DNA from: an uncultured Candidatus Rokubacteria bacterium
GTDB taxonomy: Bacteria; Methylomirabilota; Methylomirabilia; Rokubacteriales; DASRDR01
Length of the DNA: 64,000 nucleotides
Reading direction: 5' to 3'
Assembly: GCA_963708025.1 (NCBI GenBank)
Contig: CAVPSB010000013.1
Coordinates: 576,001-640,000 of the forward strand
In this document: in pieces, positions 9,678 to 19,969 of the stretch
How positions within the stretch are numbered: the stretch's first letter is position 1
Layout of the letters: the number at the start of each line of letters is the position of its first letter
Program-made: the position numbers and the translations under genes
Notes under the pieces: generated by a model
Seen by the model: only the letters and a program-made list of their open reading frames with translations
Told to the model about the DNA's origin: nothing
Database searches by the model: none

Positions 9678-10685
9678 ATGAAGCGCTCGACGTACGTCGT
9701 CTACCGGGTGCTCTCGATGGCCCCGACCCTGCTCGGGGTCATCGTCCTGATCTTCTTCCTGTCCCAGTCGATCAAGGGTGACCCGGCCCGGATGATGGCC
9801 GGGGACACCGCCGACAAGCAGGTCCTCGACCAGCTCCGGCGCGAGTTCCAGCTCGACCGGCCGCTGCCGGTGCGGTTCGCGGCGTACCTGGGGAACCTGG
9901 CCCGGGGGAACCTCGGCCTCTCCTATTCCACGAAGCGTCCGGTCCTCGAGAGCCTGCTGGAGCGGCTCCCGGCGACGCTGGAGCTGACCCTGGCCAGCCT
10001 CGTCTTCGCCATCGCCGGCGCGGTCCCGCTCGGCGTCCTGTCGGCGGTGCGGCGGAACCGGCCGATCGACCACGTGGTGCGGGTCCTCGGCGTCGGCGGC
10101 GTCTCGATGCCGGTGTTCTGGTCCGGCCTCCTGCTGATCTGGCTCATGTACGTGAAGCTGGAGTGGCTCCCGGGGGCGGGCCGTCTCGGCGTGTACACGA
10201 CCCCGCCCCGCGCCCTCACCGGCATGTACACGCTGGACAGCCTCCTCACCGGGAACTGGCCGCTCTTCGTGGAGAGCCTGCAGTACCTCGTGATGCCGGC
10301 CTTCATCCTCGGCTACGCCTACATGGCGACGCTGACGCGGCTGATCCGCTCCAGCATGCTCGAGGTGCTGACGCAGGACTACGTCCGCACCGCGCGGGCC
10401 AAGGGGCTGGACGAGCGCCGGATCGTGCTCGGACACGCGCTGCGCAACGCCCTCCTGCCCGTCACCACCCTGGCCGGGCTCGCCTTCGCGGCGCTCCTGG
10501 GCGGGGCCGTGCTCACCGAGACGATCTTCTCCTGGCCGGGCGTCGGCCGGTACGTGGTCGACGCCGCGCTCTTCCTCGACTACCCGGTCATCATGGGCTT
10601 CACCCTGATGATCGCGGTCGTCTACATGAGCGTGAACCTGGCCGTCGATCTCCTGTACTCCTGGCTAAACCCGCAAATCCAGTAG
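9678..10685 (+). CDS. dppB: Peptide ABC transporter permease DppB/OppB
   Basis: RLPATLEL, RSSMLEVL.QDYVRTARAKGL, HALRNALLP. Confidence 0.9.
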   Translation: MKRSTYVVYRVLSMAPTLLGVIVLIFFLSQSIKGDPARMMAGDTADKQVLDQLRREFQLDRPLPVRFAAYLGNLARGNLGLSYSTKRPVLESLLERLPATLELTLASLVFAIAGAVPLGVLSAVRRNRPIDHVVRVLGVGGVSMPVFWSGLLLIWLMYVKLEWLPGAGRLGVYTTPPRALTGMYTLDSLLTGNWPLFVESLQYLVMPAFILGYAYMATLTRLIRSSMLEVLTQDYVRTARAKGLDERRIVLGHALRNALLPVTTLAGLAFAALLGGAVLTETIFSWPGVGRYVVDAALFLDYPVIMGFTLMIAVVYMSVNLAVDLLYSWLNPQIQ

Positions 10686-10702
10686 CGGGGCCGGGGCACG
10701 CG

Positions 10703-11614
10703 GTGAGCAGCGTCTCGCGGGTGGAGGAGCGGGGAGCGGCGGTGGGCTCGGGGCGGCCCGTCGCCGGCCGCGCGCGGGGACGGCTGGCCCGCGTCAGTCG
10801 GCTGTGGCGCAACCCGCTGACCCTCGGCGGGCTGGTCGTCATCGTCGCCCTGGTGCTGACCGGCATCTTCGCGCCGCTCCTCGCCCCTGGCGACCCCGCG
10901 CGGATGAACCTGGCGACGCGCCTCCGGCCGCCGAGCGCGCAGTTCCCGTTCGGTACCGACGAGCTGGGGCGGGACGTCCTCTCTCGCGTGATCTGGGGCG
11001 CCCGGGTGTCGCTCGAGATCGGCCTCATCGTGGTGGGCATCGCCGGCACCATCGGCTTCGCCCTGGGCGCGACCGCCGGCTACCTCCGGGGCCGCTTCGA
11101 CGACGTGACGATGCGCCTGATCGACATCATCCTGGCCTTCCCCGGCCTGATCCTGGCGATGGCCGTCGCCACCTTCCTCGGGCCCGACCTCGACAACGCC
11201 ATGCTCGCCATCGCGTTCGTCCACATCCCCAAGTACACGCGGGTGGCGCGGAGCGAGGCGCTGGCGCTGCGGGAGAGCCTGTTCGTGCAGGCGGCCCACG
11301 CCACCGGCGCCACCGGCCGCCGGGTGGTCCTGCGCCACATCATGCCCAACTCCTTGTCGTCGATCCTCGTCGTCGCCACCCTCGACTTCGGGCTGGTGAT
11401 CCTGACCGCGGCCTCGCTGGGGTTCATCGGGCTGGGGGCGCAGCCCCCCACCCCCGAGTGGGGGCTCATGGTCGCCGACGGACGGAAGTACCTGGTGGAG
11501 GCGCCCTGGCTCACGACGTTCCCCGGGCTCACGATCATGCTCGTCGTCATCGCGGCCAACGTCTTCGGCGACGGCCTGCGCGACGTGCTCGACCCCCGCC
11601 TCCGCGAGTCGTGA
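10703..11614 (+). CDS. dppC: Peptide ABC transporter permease DppC/OppC
   Basis: FGTDELGRDVLSRVIWGARVSL, HIMPN, GLGAQPPTPEWG, GDGLRD.LDPR. Confidence 0.9.
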   Translation: MSSVSRVEERGAAVGSGRPVAGRARGRLARVSRLWRNPLTLGGLVVIVALVLTGIFAPLLAPGDPARMNLATRLRPPSAQFPFGTDELGRDVLSRVIWGARVSLEIGLIVVGIAGTIGFALGATAGYLRGRFDDVTMRLIDIILAFPGLILAMAVATFLGPDLDNAMLAIAFVHIPKYTRVARSEALALRESLFVQAAHATGATGRRVVLRHIMPNSLSSILVVATLDFGLVILTAASLGFIGLGAQPPTPEWGLMVADGRKYLVEAPWLTTFPGLTIMLVVIAANVFGDGLRDVLDPRLRES

Positions 11615-11649
11615 GGTCTTGGGCGGGCTCGATCCCGCCGGGCGCAGAG

Positions 11650-12204
11650 TCAGGCCGGCCGGCCTCGGTCCTCCGGAGGGTGCATCACGAGCTGCGCGAT
11701 CTCCTGCACCCGATCCACGGTGATGCCCGCCTGCTGCTCCAGCGCCAGCGGGTGGTCCGTCGGCTCGAGCTCGATGAACGGGCGATCGGGCCAGGGCCGG
11801 ATGTGAAGCGCCGTCTTGAGGTTCTGCGTGTCCGGGTAGCCGGGAATCACGCTGCAGAGCCAGCCGAAGAACCGATCGCCCGGCCGGCGAGCCCGGTCGT
11901 CGTGTTGCTCAACGTACCGTTGGAAGCTCCTTTCGCTGAGCGACACCCAGGCTCCCCAGCTGAACGGCTCCTCGTGGCCGTGAACGTGGATGTCCAGGCA
12001 GCCGCGGACGAAGAACCACCGCTGGTCGATCACGCAGTAGTCCGGGTCGAGCTCCACCCGCCGGTCCCGCTCCGCTTCCGCCACCATGAGGTACTGGACC
12101 GGCCAATCCCACCCGAAGCTCGGCATGCCGACGTGGAAGTCACCGCACGCGGCACACGTGAATCCGAACGCTCCACCGGCATCTCGCCGCGTGTCGTCGT
12201 TCAT
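11650..12204 (-). CDS. DUF2199 domain protein
   Basis: FTCAACG..H, D.CVID...FFVRG.L.I, FSWGAWVSLS, FFGWL, RP.IELEPTDHPLA.EQ..GIT. Confidence 0.85.
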   Translation of the reverse strand: MNDDTRRDAGGAFGFTCAACGDFHVGMPSFGWDWPVQYLMVAEAERDRRVELDPDYCVIDQRWFFVRGCLDIHVHGHEEPFSWGAWVSLSERSFQRYVEQHDDRARRPGDRFFGWLCSVIPGYPDTQNLKTALHIRPWPDRPFIELEPTDHPLALEQQAGITVDRVQEIAQLVMHPPEDRGRPA

Positions 12205-12220
12205 GTCGGCCTCGCACCGC

Positions 12221-13030
12221 TCACGGCCCGTCCGCGCCTGGCCGCCCGGGCTCCTCCAGAGCAAACGCGATGGCTTCGGGCAGCGTCATCGAATGCCCGC
12301 GACCCCTCGCCTCCTCGAGAGCGGCGCGACCCACGCCGCGACTCGCCGCCTCCAGGCTGCGCTCGAGATCAGCCTGCCAGGCCGGCGGCGGACCGGCGCC
12401 GATGATCCGGCGGAGCGCGGCCGCGCTGGCGGCCAGGCTCTGGGCGCGAAGCGGCTGGGCCTCGTCGGCCGCCAGGCCCGCCAGGCCCTCGAAGACGAAC
12501 GCGATGCCCCGGCGGTCCCCCAGGTCCCTGAAGATCTGCAGGCTCTCCGCGAGGCGCGCCCGGGCCACGGCGTACTCGCCCTGATCGCGCGCCAGGCGTG
12601 CGGCCGTGCTCAGCACGTTGGCCGTGTTCTGCCGGTCACCGAGCTCGCCGAGATCGCCAGGCTCTCGTCGGTGCGCGCCCACGCCACGTCGAGCTTGCCT
12701 TGCGCCCGGGCGACCATGGCGAGGCCGGTCAGTGCCCAGCCGATCCCGACCCGGTCGCCCGAGCTGCCGCCACAGGGCCAGGCTCTGCTCCAGGTGGGTC
12801 TCGGCCGCGTCCGCGTCGCCCTGGTCCCGAGCGATGATTCCGAGGTTGCCGAGCGCCGCCGCCATCGCCTCGGTGTCGCCCGCCTGCTTCACCAGCCCGA
12901 GGCTCTCTTCGAGGGCCTGGTCGCAGCCGCCTCACTCGGCGAACGGGGTGGCCCAGTTCGCCGACCACCAGGCGAGGCGATCGGCATACAGCGTCACGCC
13001 GTCGGCGCCGGCCCGGTGCTCGTTCCACCT
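12221..13030 (-). CDS. Stand-alone TPR-repeat protein (like the C-terminal TPR region of ATPase/LuxR regulators); several frameshifts, start uncertain
   Basis: Repeats ALGNLG.IA..QGD...A...LEQSLAL.R.LGDR across shifted frames; end 'GHSMTLPEAIAFALE'. Confidence 0.65.
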
Positions 13031-13041
13031 CTACTCTCCGA

Positions 13042-13563
13042 TCATACCGGCTCCTCCGCATGCCGAGGCTGGCTCTCCCCGAGTGAGCCGAGATAGGCGG
13101 CGGCCGCGTCGAGCTCCTGCTCGCTGAACACCCGGATGCCGTGCTGCGCGAGGAGGGTGGCGGTGACGCCCTGGCCGGTGATTCGCCGGCGACTGAAGGT
13201 GCCGTCGTAGATGTAGCCGCTGCCACAAGAGGGGCTCCCGTCCTTCAGGACGGCCAGCTGGACCCCGGTGGCCGACGCGGCCGCCAGGGTCAGCTGCGCG
13301 CCACGGAGGAAGGAAGCGGTGACGTCTTGACCGGCGCCGGTCATGACGTGGCCGGCGCCCTCGAGGACCGCGCGACCACTGGCGCCCCGGATCTCGGCCG
13401 CCGGGCGCGGCACGCCGAGCCCCCCGGCCACCTCGGGACAGAAGGGAACGATCCGCCCCTCGGCTCGCCACGTATCCAGCAACGAATGGCTCGACGCCGA
13501 ATCGGCGCCGTTGTAGCGGACCTTCTCACCCAGCAGACACGCGCTCACGAGAACCCGGATCAT
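13042..13563 (-). CDS. DUF523 (2-thiouracil desulfurase/YbbK) family protein
   Basis: VLVSACLLG..VRYNG, CPEVAGGLGVPR, LKDGSPSCG..IYDGTF...G.GVT. Confidence 0.92.
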   Translation of the reverse strand: MIRVLVSACLLGEKVRYNGADSASSHSLLDTWRAEGRIVPFCPEVAGGLGVPRPAAEIRGASGRAVLEGAGHVMTGAGQDVTASFLRGAQLTLAAASATGVQLAVLKDGSPSCGSGYIYDGTFSRRRITGQGVTATLLAQHGIRVFSEQELDAAAAYLGSLGESQPRHAEEPV

Positions 13564-13964
13564 CCGGCGCCCCGCCCTTGCCCTGACGAGAGGGCTGGCA
13601 GGGGGCCGGCCGACTCAAGGGTAACCATGCCTGCCCTCCCCTCCGGCGGCTCATGATGATAGGCCATCCGTCCGGACCCGGCAAGCGGACGGCGGCCCAG
13701 GTCGATGATTCCTTCGTGCCGTCGCGTCGGGAATCCTTCGCGCTCTCCAGATGCCGCATTTTCCGCTTGACAGGGTTTGTGAGCGGGCGCGCGCGGTGGT
13801 CGCGGCCTCGACCTTCAGTCGCGCCCAGCGGGCCGCGCCGGCCCGCGGCACCGCGCGCCGCCGGCGGCGAGCCGAAAATCATTCCCGTCCAATAGATCCG
13901 CGGCCGGGCGGCCTCCCAGGGCGGTCGAAAATCGCGTGGTAGGGTGCGAGCCAGGAGGCTCGCC

Positions 13965-15320
13965 ATGCACCTCGCCACGACGCTCGCGCCCACGATCTGC
14001 GACGGCCGACCTCGACCGCCTCGGCGACGAGATCGCCACGCTGTCGGCCCACCTCGACGCCGCCACCGCCCGGCTGCTGGCGCTGATCCGCGAGTTCGAC
14101 GCGCGGGGCGGCTGGGGGAACGGCTTCCGCTCCTGCGCGGCGTGGCTGAGCTGGCGGGTGGGGCTCGACCCGGGGGCGGCGCGGGAGCGGGTGCGGGTGG
14201 CGCGGGCGCTGGGCGGGCTGCCCCAGCTCGCGGCGGCCCTGGCCCGGGGAGAGCTGTCCTACGCCAAGGTGCGGGCCCTCACGCGCGTCGCCACCCCGGA
14301 GACCGAGGCGCGGCTGCTGGCGGTGGGACGGGCGGGGACGGCGGCGCACGTGGAGCGGATCGTGCGGGGGTGGCGGCGGGTGGACCGGCAGGTGGAGGCG
14401 CAGGAGGCGGCGGCGCGGCACCGGGGGCGGTCGCTCCAGGTGTACCCGGACACGGACGGGATGCTGGTGGTGCGGGGGCGGCTGGAGCCGGAGGTGGGGG
14501 CGGTGCTGATCCGGGCGCTGGAGGCGGCGCGCGAGGCGCTGTACGCGAAGAGGCGGGCCGCCGCGGTGGGGGGCGCCGAGATGGACCCACCGAGCCCAGG
14601 GCCAGCAGCAGGCCGACGCCCTGGCGCTGGTGGCGGAGACGGCCCTCGCGCAGGGGCTCGATCCGGGCTCGGGGAGCGAGCGGTACCAGGTCGTCGTCCA
14701 CGTGGACGCCGCCGCGCTGGCCGACCCCGAGCAGCCGGGGCAGTCGGCGCTCGAGGACGGCGTGAACGTTTCCGCGGAGACGTCGCGGCGCCTGGCCTGT
14801 GACGCGACCCGGGTCATCCTCCGCCACGCGGGCGACGGGCAGGTGCTCGACGTGGGGCGGCGGACGCGGACGATTCCGCCGGCGCTGCGGCGAGCGCTGC
14901 AGGCGCGGGACCGGGGGTGCCGGTTCCCGGGCTGCGGGGTGCGCCACGCCCAGGGGCACCACCTCCACCACTGGGCGAACGGGGGCCCGACCCGGCTGGA
15001 CAACCTCGCGCTGGTGTGCGGGTTCCATCACCGGGCCGTGCACGAGGAGGGCTATCAGGTCGAGCGCGACGCCGAGGGCACGCTGCACTTCCGCACCCCG
15101 ACACGGCTGGCCGATTCCCGAGGTCCCGCCGCCGCCGGCAGTGCCGCCCGATCCGATGCAGGCCATTGTCGCGACCAACCGGGCGGACGGCCTGGCGATC
15201 GGCCCGCGGACGGGGTGCCCGAGCTGGCTCGGGGAGCGGCTGGACCTCCACTGGGCGATCGGGGTCCTGCACCCCGCGGCCAATCCGCCGGCCCCGCCCG
15301 TATTGCGCTTCACCGGGTAG
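13965..15320 (+). CDS. DUF222 (13E12-repeat) + C-terminal HNH endonuclease; frameshifts near 13995, 14595 and 15100
   Basis: CAGGAGG RBS; FDARGGW..GFRSCAAWLSWRVG..ARERVRVARAL, LSYAKVRALTRVAT; RRLACDA; RDRGCRFPGC..HH..HW.NGG.T.LDNL.L.C.FHH..VHE. Confidence 0.88.
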
Positions 15321-15460
15321 CCTGGCTCCGGGAAGGCGCGCTCGGGGTTCGCTGGGTCTGGCCACCGTCGCTCCCGCCTCCTACTGAGAGACCGAAGCAC
15401 CGGTCGCCCGTCGCCGCCCGCGCGTTAGCCGATGCCCGCTTGGTGGTGCCCGCTTGGCGG

Positions 15461-15489
15461 TTGACCGCCCTGGCGACCCCGCCTAGACT
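15461..15489 (+). promoter_or_regulatory. Sigma70-type promoter of second dpp cluster
   Basis: TTGACC-17 bp-TAGACT, preceded by tandem TGCCCGCTTGG x2. Confidence 0.55.
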
Positions 15490-15571
15490 CTCGTCAAGCC
15501 TGGCCCTCGAGGAGGGCGCCCGCATCGACAACCCGCGCCATCCGCAACCGCGGAGAGACAGGGAGGCACCT

Positions 15572-17143
15572 ATGAGCGCTCGCGCATTCGCCCGTGACCA
15601 CCTGAGCCGCCGGGGCTTCCTCTCCACCCTGGCCCTCGGCGCCGGCGCGGGCCTGCTGATCCGGCCCGCCGTCGTGTTCGCCGCCACGCCGAAGCGCGGG
15701 GGCCGGCTGGTGATCGGGGCCGACGTCAACCCCGTCGGCCTGGACCCCGCCCTGACCACCGCCTTCGCCTCGGTCGCCATCTACGAGCAGATGTACATGA
15801 GCCTCGGCACCCTGGAGTACCAGACGAACCGGATCGTCCCGGACCTGGCCCAGAGCTGGCGGACCGTCGACCCCCGGACCTACGAGTTCAAGCTGCGCCC
15901 GGGCGTCCGGTTCCACGGCGGCCGCGAGGTGACGGCGGAAGACGTCAAGTACACCATCGAGCGGCTGCTGGACCCCAAGGTCGCCGTCCCGCTGCGGAGC
16001 TATCTGGGCCCGGTCGATCGCGTCCAGCCCGTGGACAAGTACACGGTGCGGATCGCGATGAAGGACGTCTACGCCCCGCTGGTCAGCGTCCTCGCCGACC
16101 GCCGCCCGTGCGCGATCGTCGACCGGGACGTCGTCGAGAAGAACGGCAGCCTGGCCAACTGGGACGGCGGCAGCGGCCCCTTCAAGCTGGTCGAGTACAC
16201 GCCGGACGTCCGGGTGGTCCTGGAGCGCCACGCCGACTACTGGGAGAAGGACAAGCCCCACCTGGACCAGGTCGAGTTCCGCATCATCCCGGACGAGTCC
16301 TCGCGCCTCGCCGCCATCCGGGCCGGGGACGTTGACATGACGGTGCTGAAGGATCCCAAGAACGCGCGGCTCCTCCGGAACGACAAGAACATCGTCCTGA
16401 ACGACGTGCCCAGCTTCTGGCGGTCGGCGAGCCCGTTCAACCTCGCCCGCCCGCCGCTCAACGACGTCCGGGTGCGCCAGGCGATCAGCTACGCCATCGA
16501 CCGGCAGGAGATCATCAACACCGTCCTGTTCGGCGAAGGCGTGATCACGGGGCCCCTGCCGCCGGGCGAGGCGGAGTGGGCGATCCCGGTCAACCGGGAG
16601 AACTTCCCGACCTACTACCCGGATCTCGCCAAGAGCCGGGCCCTCCTGAAGGAGGCCGGCGTGAGCAGCCTCAAGCTCACCATCCAGGCGGCGCCCGCCT
16701 ACGCCCCCGACCTCCCGACCGCCCAGGTGCTGCAGAGCCAGCTCAAGCGGGTGGGCATCGACCTCGAGGTCACGCAGATGGAGTGGGCGGCGGTGCTGAA
16801 GGCCCAGCGGGATCGCAACTTCGACCTGAACCTCACGTTCAACACCAACCGCCCGGACCCGGACATCTACCTGTCGGTGGCCCACAGCAAGTTCAGCGCG
16901 AACTGGGGCTCGTACGCGAACCCGAAGATGGACGACCTGCTCGAGCGCGGGCGCGTCACCACGGACCTCGCCGAGCGCAAGCGGATCTACGCCGACGTCC
17001 AGCGCCTCTTCGCCACCGAGGTGCCCTACCTCTTCCTGTACGTGATCAAGAACTACGAGCCGGCCCGGCAACACGTGAAGGGCTACACGCCGATGGCGTC
17101 CGGCTACCGGCTGGCCCTGAAGGAGACCTGGCTGGACAAGTAG
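15572..17143 (+). CDS. Peptide/nickel ABC transporter substrate-binding protein (family 5), Tat signal
   Basis: SRRGFL; PKRGGRL, PDLAQSW, GSGPFKL, VRQAISYAIDR; GGGAGG RBS; apparent fusion to HNH in the ORF track is a frameshift artefact. Confidence 0.92.
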   Translation: MSARAFARDHLSRRGFLSTLALGAGAGLLIRPAVVFAATPKRGGRLVIGADVNPVGLDPALTTAFASVAIYEQMYMSLGTLEYQTNRIVPDLAQSWRTVDPRTYEFKLRPGVRFHGGREVTAEDVKYTIERLLDPKVAVPLRSYLGPVDRVQPVDKYTVRIAMKDVYAPLVSVLADRRPCAIVDRDVVEKNGSLANWDGGSGPFKLVEYTPDVRVVLERHADYWEKDKPHLDQVEFRIIPDESSRLAAIRAGDVDMTVLKDPKNARLLRNDKNIVLNDVPSFWRSASPFNLARPPLNDVRVRQAISYAIDRQEIINTVLFGEGVITGPLPPGEAEWAIPVNRENFPTYYPDLAKSRALLKEAGVSSLKLTIQAAPAYAPDLPTAQVLQSQLKRVGIDLEVTQMEWAAVLKAQRDRNFDLNLTFNTNRPDPDIYLSVAHSKFSANWGSYANPKMDDLLERGRVTTDLAERKRIYADVQRLFATEVPYLFLYVIKNYEPARQHVKGYTPMASGYRLALKETWLDK

Positions 17144-17144
17144 C

Positions 17145-18092
17145 GTGGTCCGCGTCGCGCGCCGGGTGCTGACCGTCCTGCCGGTCCTCTTCGGGGTGTC
17201 GGTGGCGGTCTTCCTGATGATCCGGCTGGTCCCCGGCGACGTGGTGGACGTCCTGCTGGGCACCGAAGGGGTGGCCAGCCCCCAGCGGCTGGCCGAGCTG
17301 CGCCGGCTGTTCGGGCTCGATCGGCCCTTCTACGCCCAGTACGCCGACTGGGTCGGTCGCATGCTGGTCGGGGACCTCGGGACGTCGCTACGGACCGGCC
17401 GGCCCATCCTCCCCGACGTACTGGCGCGCCTGCCGGTGACGATCCAGCTCACAGGCACCGCCATGGTCATCTCGCTCCTCCTCGGGCTGCCGTTCGGCGT
17501 CATCTCGGCCGTCCGGCGGCACACCGCCCTTGACTCGGTGGTCCGGGTCGCGGGCCTCGTCGGGCTCTCGATGCCGAACTTCTGGCTGGCGGCCATGCTG
17601 GTCCTCTTCGTGTCGCTGTACTGGCGCATCCTGCCGACCTCCGGCTACGTGTACCCGAGCCAGGACCTGGTGGGCAGCTTCCGGTCGGTGCTCCTCCCCG
17701 CCCTCGCCCTCGGGGTCGCCAACATGGCCATCCTGATGCGGATGACGCGCTCCAGCCTGCTGGAGGTGCTGCGCCAGGACTACATCACCACGGCCCGCGC
17801 CAAGGGCGTCGGCGAGAAGCGGGTCATCTACCGCCACGCGCTCCGGAACGCCCTGATCCCGGTGGTCACGGTGGCCGGCGTCCAGGTCGGCTACCTGCTC
17901 GGCGGCGCGATCATCATCGAGCAGATCTTCGCCCTGCCCGGCGTCGGGACGCTGGTGCTGAACGCCATCACCCAGCGCGACTACCCGCTCCTCCAGGCCG
18001 CGATGCTCTTCATCGCCTTCGCGTTCCCGATCGTGAACCTCGTCATCGACCTCCTGTACAGCTATCTCGATCCGCGGGTCCGCTATGACTGA
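17145..18092 (+). CDS. dppB: Peptide ABC transporter permease DppB/OppB
   Basis: RLPVTIQL, RSSLLEVLRQDYITTARAKG, QRDYPLLQ. Confidence 0.9.
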   Translation: MVRVARRVLTVLPVLFGVSVAVFLMIRLVPGDVVDVLLGTEGVASPQRLAELRRLFGLDRPFYAQYADWVGRMLVGDLGTSLRTGRPILPDVLARLPVTIQLTGTAMVISLLLGLPFGVISAVRRHTALDSVVRVAGLVGLSMPNFWLAAMLVLFVSLYWRILPTSGYVYPSQDLVGSFRSVLLPALALGVANMAILMRMTRSSLLEVLRQDYITTARAKGVGEKRVIYRHALRNALIPVVTVAGVQVGYLLGGAIIIEQIFALPGVGTLVLNAITQRDYPLLQAAMLFIAFAFPIVNLVIDLLYSYLDPRVRYD

Positions 18093-18969
18093 CGCCGGCC
18101 CCGCGCCGGACCTCGACGCCTCGCCGGCCGATCGCGACCGCGGCGGCCGGATCCCGGGGCGGCGGTGGCGCAACCCGCTGACCGTGGTCGGCGCGCTGAT
18201 CCTCGCGCTGGTGGCGCTCTCCGCGACGCTCGCCCCCGTGCTCGGCGTCCACGACCCTCTCGAGATGAACCCGCAGCGGCTGCTCGAGAACCCCAGCCGG
18301 GACCACCCGCTGGGGACGGACGAGTTCGGCCGGGACATCCTGAGCCGCGTCATCTGGGGCGCCCGCATCTCGCTCTACGTCAGCGCCAGCTCGGTCGCCC
18401 TGGCCCTGGTCCTCGGCGCGACGCTGGGGATCGTAGCGGGTCTCTACGGCCGGCCGGTCGACGACCTGATCTCGCGAGTGCTGGAGGTGGTGTTCGCCTT
18501 TCCGGGGGTGCTCCTGGCCCTCGGCATCGTGGGCCTGCTGGGGCCGAGCGTCCGGAACGTCGTCATCGCCATCGGGGTGGTGTACACGCCGGTGTTCGGC
18601 CGCCTGGCGCGCGCGACCGTGCTGGCGGCGAAGGAGCGGGACTACGTCGAGGCGGCGCGCGGCTGCGGCGCCAGCGACCTCCGGCTGGTCGGCCGTCACC
18701 TCCTCCCGAACATCACCGCCCCGCTGATCGTCCAGACCAGCCTCAGCCTGTCCCACGCGATCCTCGCCGAGGCCAGCCTGAGCTTCCTCGGGCTCGGCAC
18801 CCAGCCGCCGGCCGCCTCCTGGGGGACCATGATCAACACGGGGCAGCGGCTCATCGAGTTCTCACCCTGGGTCGCCGTGTTCCCGGGCCTCGCCATCATG
18901 CTGGCCGTGCTCGCCTTCAACCTCCTGGGCGACGGCCTCCGCGACGCCCTTGACCCCCGGCTGCGTTGA
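18085..18969 (+). CDS. dppC: Peptide ABC transporter permease DppC/OppC
   Basis: LGTDEFGRDILSRVIWGARISL, HLLPN, GDGLRDALDPR. Confidence 0.9.
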   Translation: MTDAGPAPDLDASPADRDRGGRIPGRRWRNPLTVVGALILALVALSATLAPVLGVHDPLEMNPQRLLENPSRDHPLGTDEFGRDILSRVIWGARISLYVSASSVALALVLGATLGIVAGLYGRPVDDLISRVLEVVFAFPGVLLALGIVGLLGPSVRNVVIAIGVVYTPVFGRLARATVLAAKERDYVEAARGCGASDLRLVGRHLLPNITAPLIVQTSLSLSHAILAEASLSFLGLGTQPPAASWGTMINTGQRLIEFSPWVAVFPGLAIMLAVLAFNLLGDGLRDALDPRLR

Positions 18970-18995
18970 TCACCTCATTGACCGCGCGCTGAAAG

Positions 18996-19424
18996 TTAGC
19001 CGGCCTCCGCGGCTCGGGCGATGAACCACTCCACCACGCCCGATAGAACCACCATCCCACCCTCATCCACGACCTCGACACTCACTCCGATCAGCGCACG
19101 ACCCTTGGCCTGCAGCTCCACCGACAACCGGTTCAACGCGTCTTCCTCGACCGATGCCCGCGCCGAGACGCGGCCTCGCGCCGGTTTTCGGAACTTCGCC
19201 TCCAGCCGACGGACCACCGGAACATACCCGGCCACCCCCCCGAAGTGCCGCAGCAGGAACTCACCGCTGCCGGCCTCGGCAACCGCTAACAGGGCACTGG
19301 CATGGACGGTACCCAGGTGATTCGCGTACCGAGCGGATGCCGGCAGGGACACCAGGAGCCCGCTCTCGGCGGCCCCTTTCTCCAACCCGAGGAAGCGATT
19401 GAACGGTAGCGCCGTCACGTCCAT
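18996..19424 (-). CDS. Hot-dog fold PaaI/YiiD-like thioesterase family protein
   Basis: LPFNRFLG, NHLGTVHASAL..AE..SG, KFRKPA.G. Confidence 0.8.
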   Translation of the reverse strand: MDVTALPFNRFLGLEKGAAESGLLVSLPASARYANHLGTVHASALLAVAEAGSGEFLLRHFGGVAGYVPVVRRLEAKFRKPARGRVSARASVEEDALNRLSVELQAKGRALIGVSVEVVDEGGMVVLSGVVEWFIARAAEAG

Positions 19425-19501
19425 GCCGCGCCCTTCGCCGCCCGACAACAGCGATCTGAAGGCCTCGGATGCGGGACCCAGCCGTGACTCACTTTTCCTT
19501 C

Positions 19502-19957
19502 TCACAGCAGGCTGTACGCGTCGATCAGCACCCGGCGCGTCTTTCTCTCCGCCGTGGCCACGGCGATCGTCCCGTTCAGCCACGCCAGTTGCGGCGCACC
19601 CGTCTCGAAGCGCATCGTCGTGCGGAAGAAATACGTCGCCGGGTCCACGTCCTCGCCGCGCGCCAGCGCCGCCAGAACCTCGCTCGGTCCGCGGCGGTAC
19701 CCCTGGCTCACCACGCGGACGAGACCCCCGCCCTGCTCCTTCAGCGCGTAGCGCGCGTCGAGGTCGAGCACCCCGTCCCGGCGCGCGATCTGCCAGTCGG
19801 CGCCCCCCGGCAGCACCTCGCCGCGCATCCGGGGCCCTTCGAACGTGCCGCCCACGATGTTGACCACGCGCCGCTCGCCGAGCGGCGCGTGGCCCATCGA
19901 CACGAGCTCGCCGACGTTGACCGCCAGCCTCATCAGGAACTCGAGCCGCAGCTCCAT
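19502..19957 (-). CDS. DUF3237 (UPF0311) family protein
   Basis: G.RR...I.GG.FEGP...G.VLPGGADWQ, LDARY, YFRT..RFETG...WLN. Confidence 0.9.
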   Translation of the reverse strand: MELRLEFLMRLAVNVGELVSMGHAPLGERRVVNIVGGTFEGPRMRGEVLPGGADWQIARRDGVLDLDARYALKEQGGGLVRVVSQGYRRGPSEVLAALARGEDVDPATYFFRTTMRFETGAPQLAWLNGTIAVATAERKTRRVLIDAYSLL

Positions 19958-19969
19958 CGGCGCCGCGAC

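Noticed and set aside
8112..10436. Long antisense and alternate-frame ORFs here and throughout (e.g. 6188-8152, 24813-26618, 58057-59682)
   Set aside because: Shadow ORFs expected in very high-GC coding DNA; Arg/Pro/Gly-rich with no motifs.
13920..13945. GGTCGA-N11-TAGGGT as a PafBC/RecA-independent damage promoter
   Set aside because: Spacing and the first hexamer deviate from the actinobacterial consensus; too weak to call.
14630..17143. 837-aa ORF fusing an HNH nuclease to a peptide-binding protein
   Set aside because: A frameshift near 15100 skips the HNH gene's stop at 15320; the binding protein has its own promoter, RBS and Tat signal at 15572.
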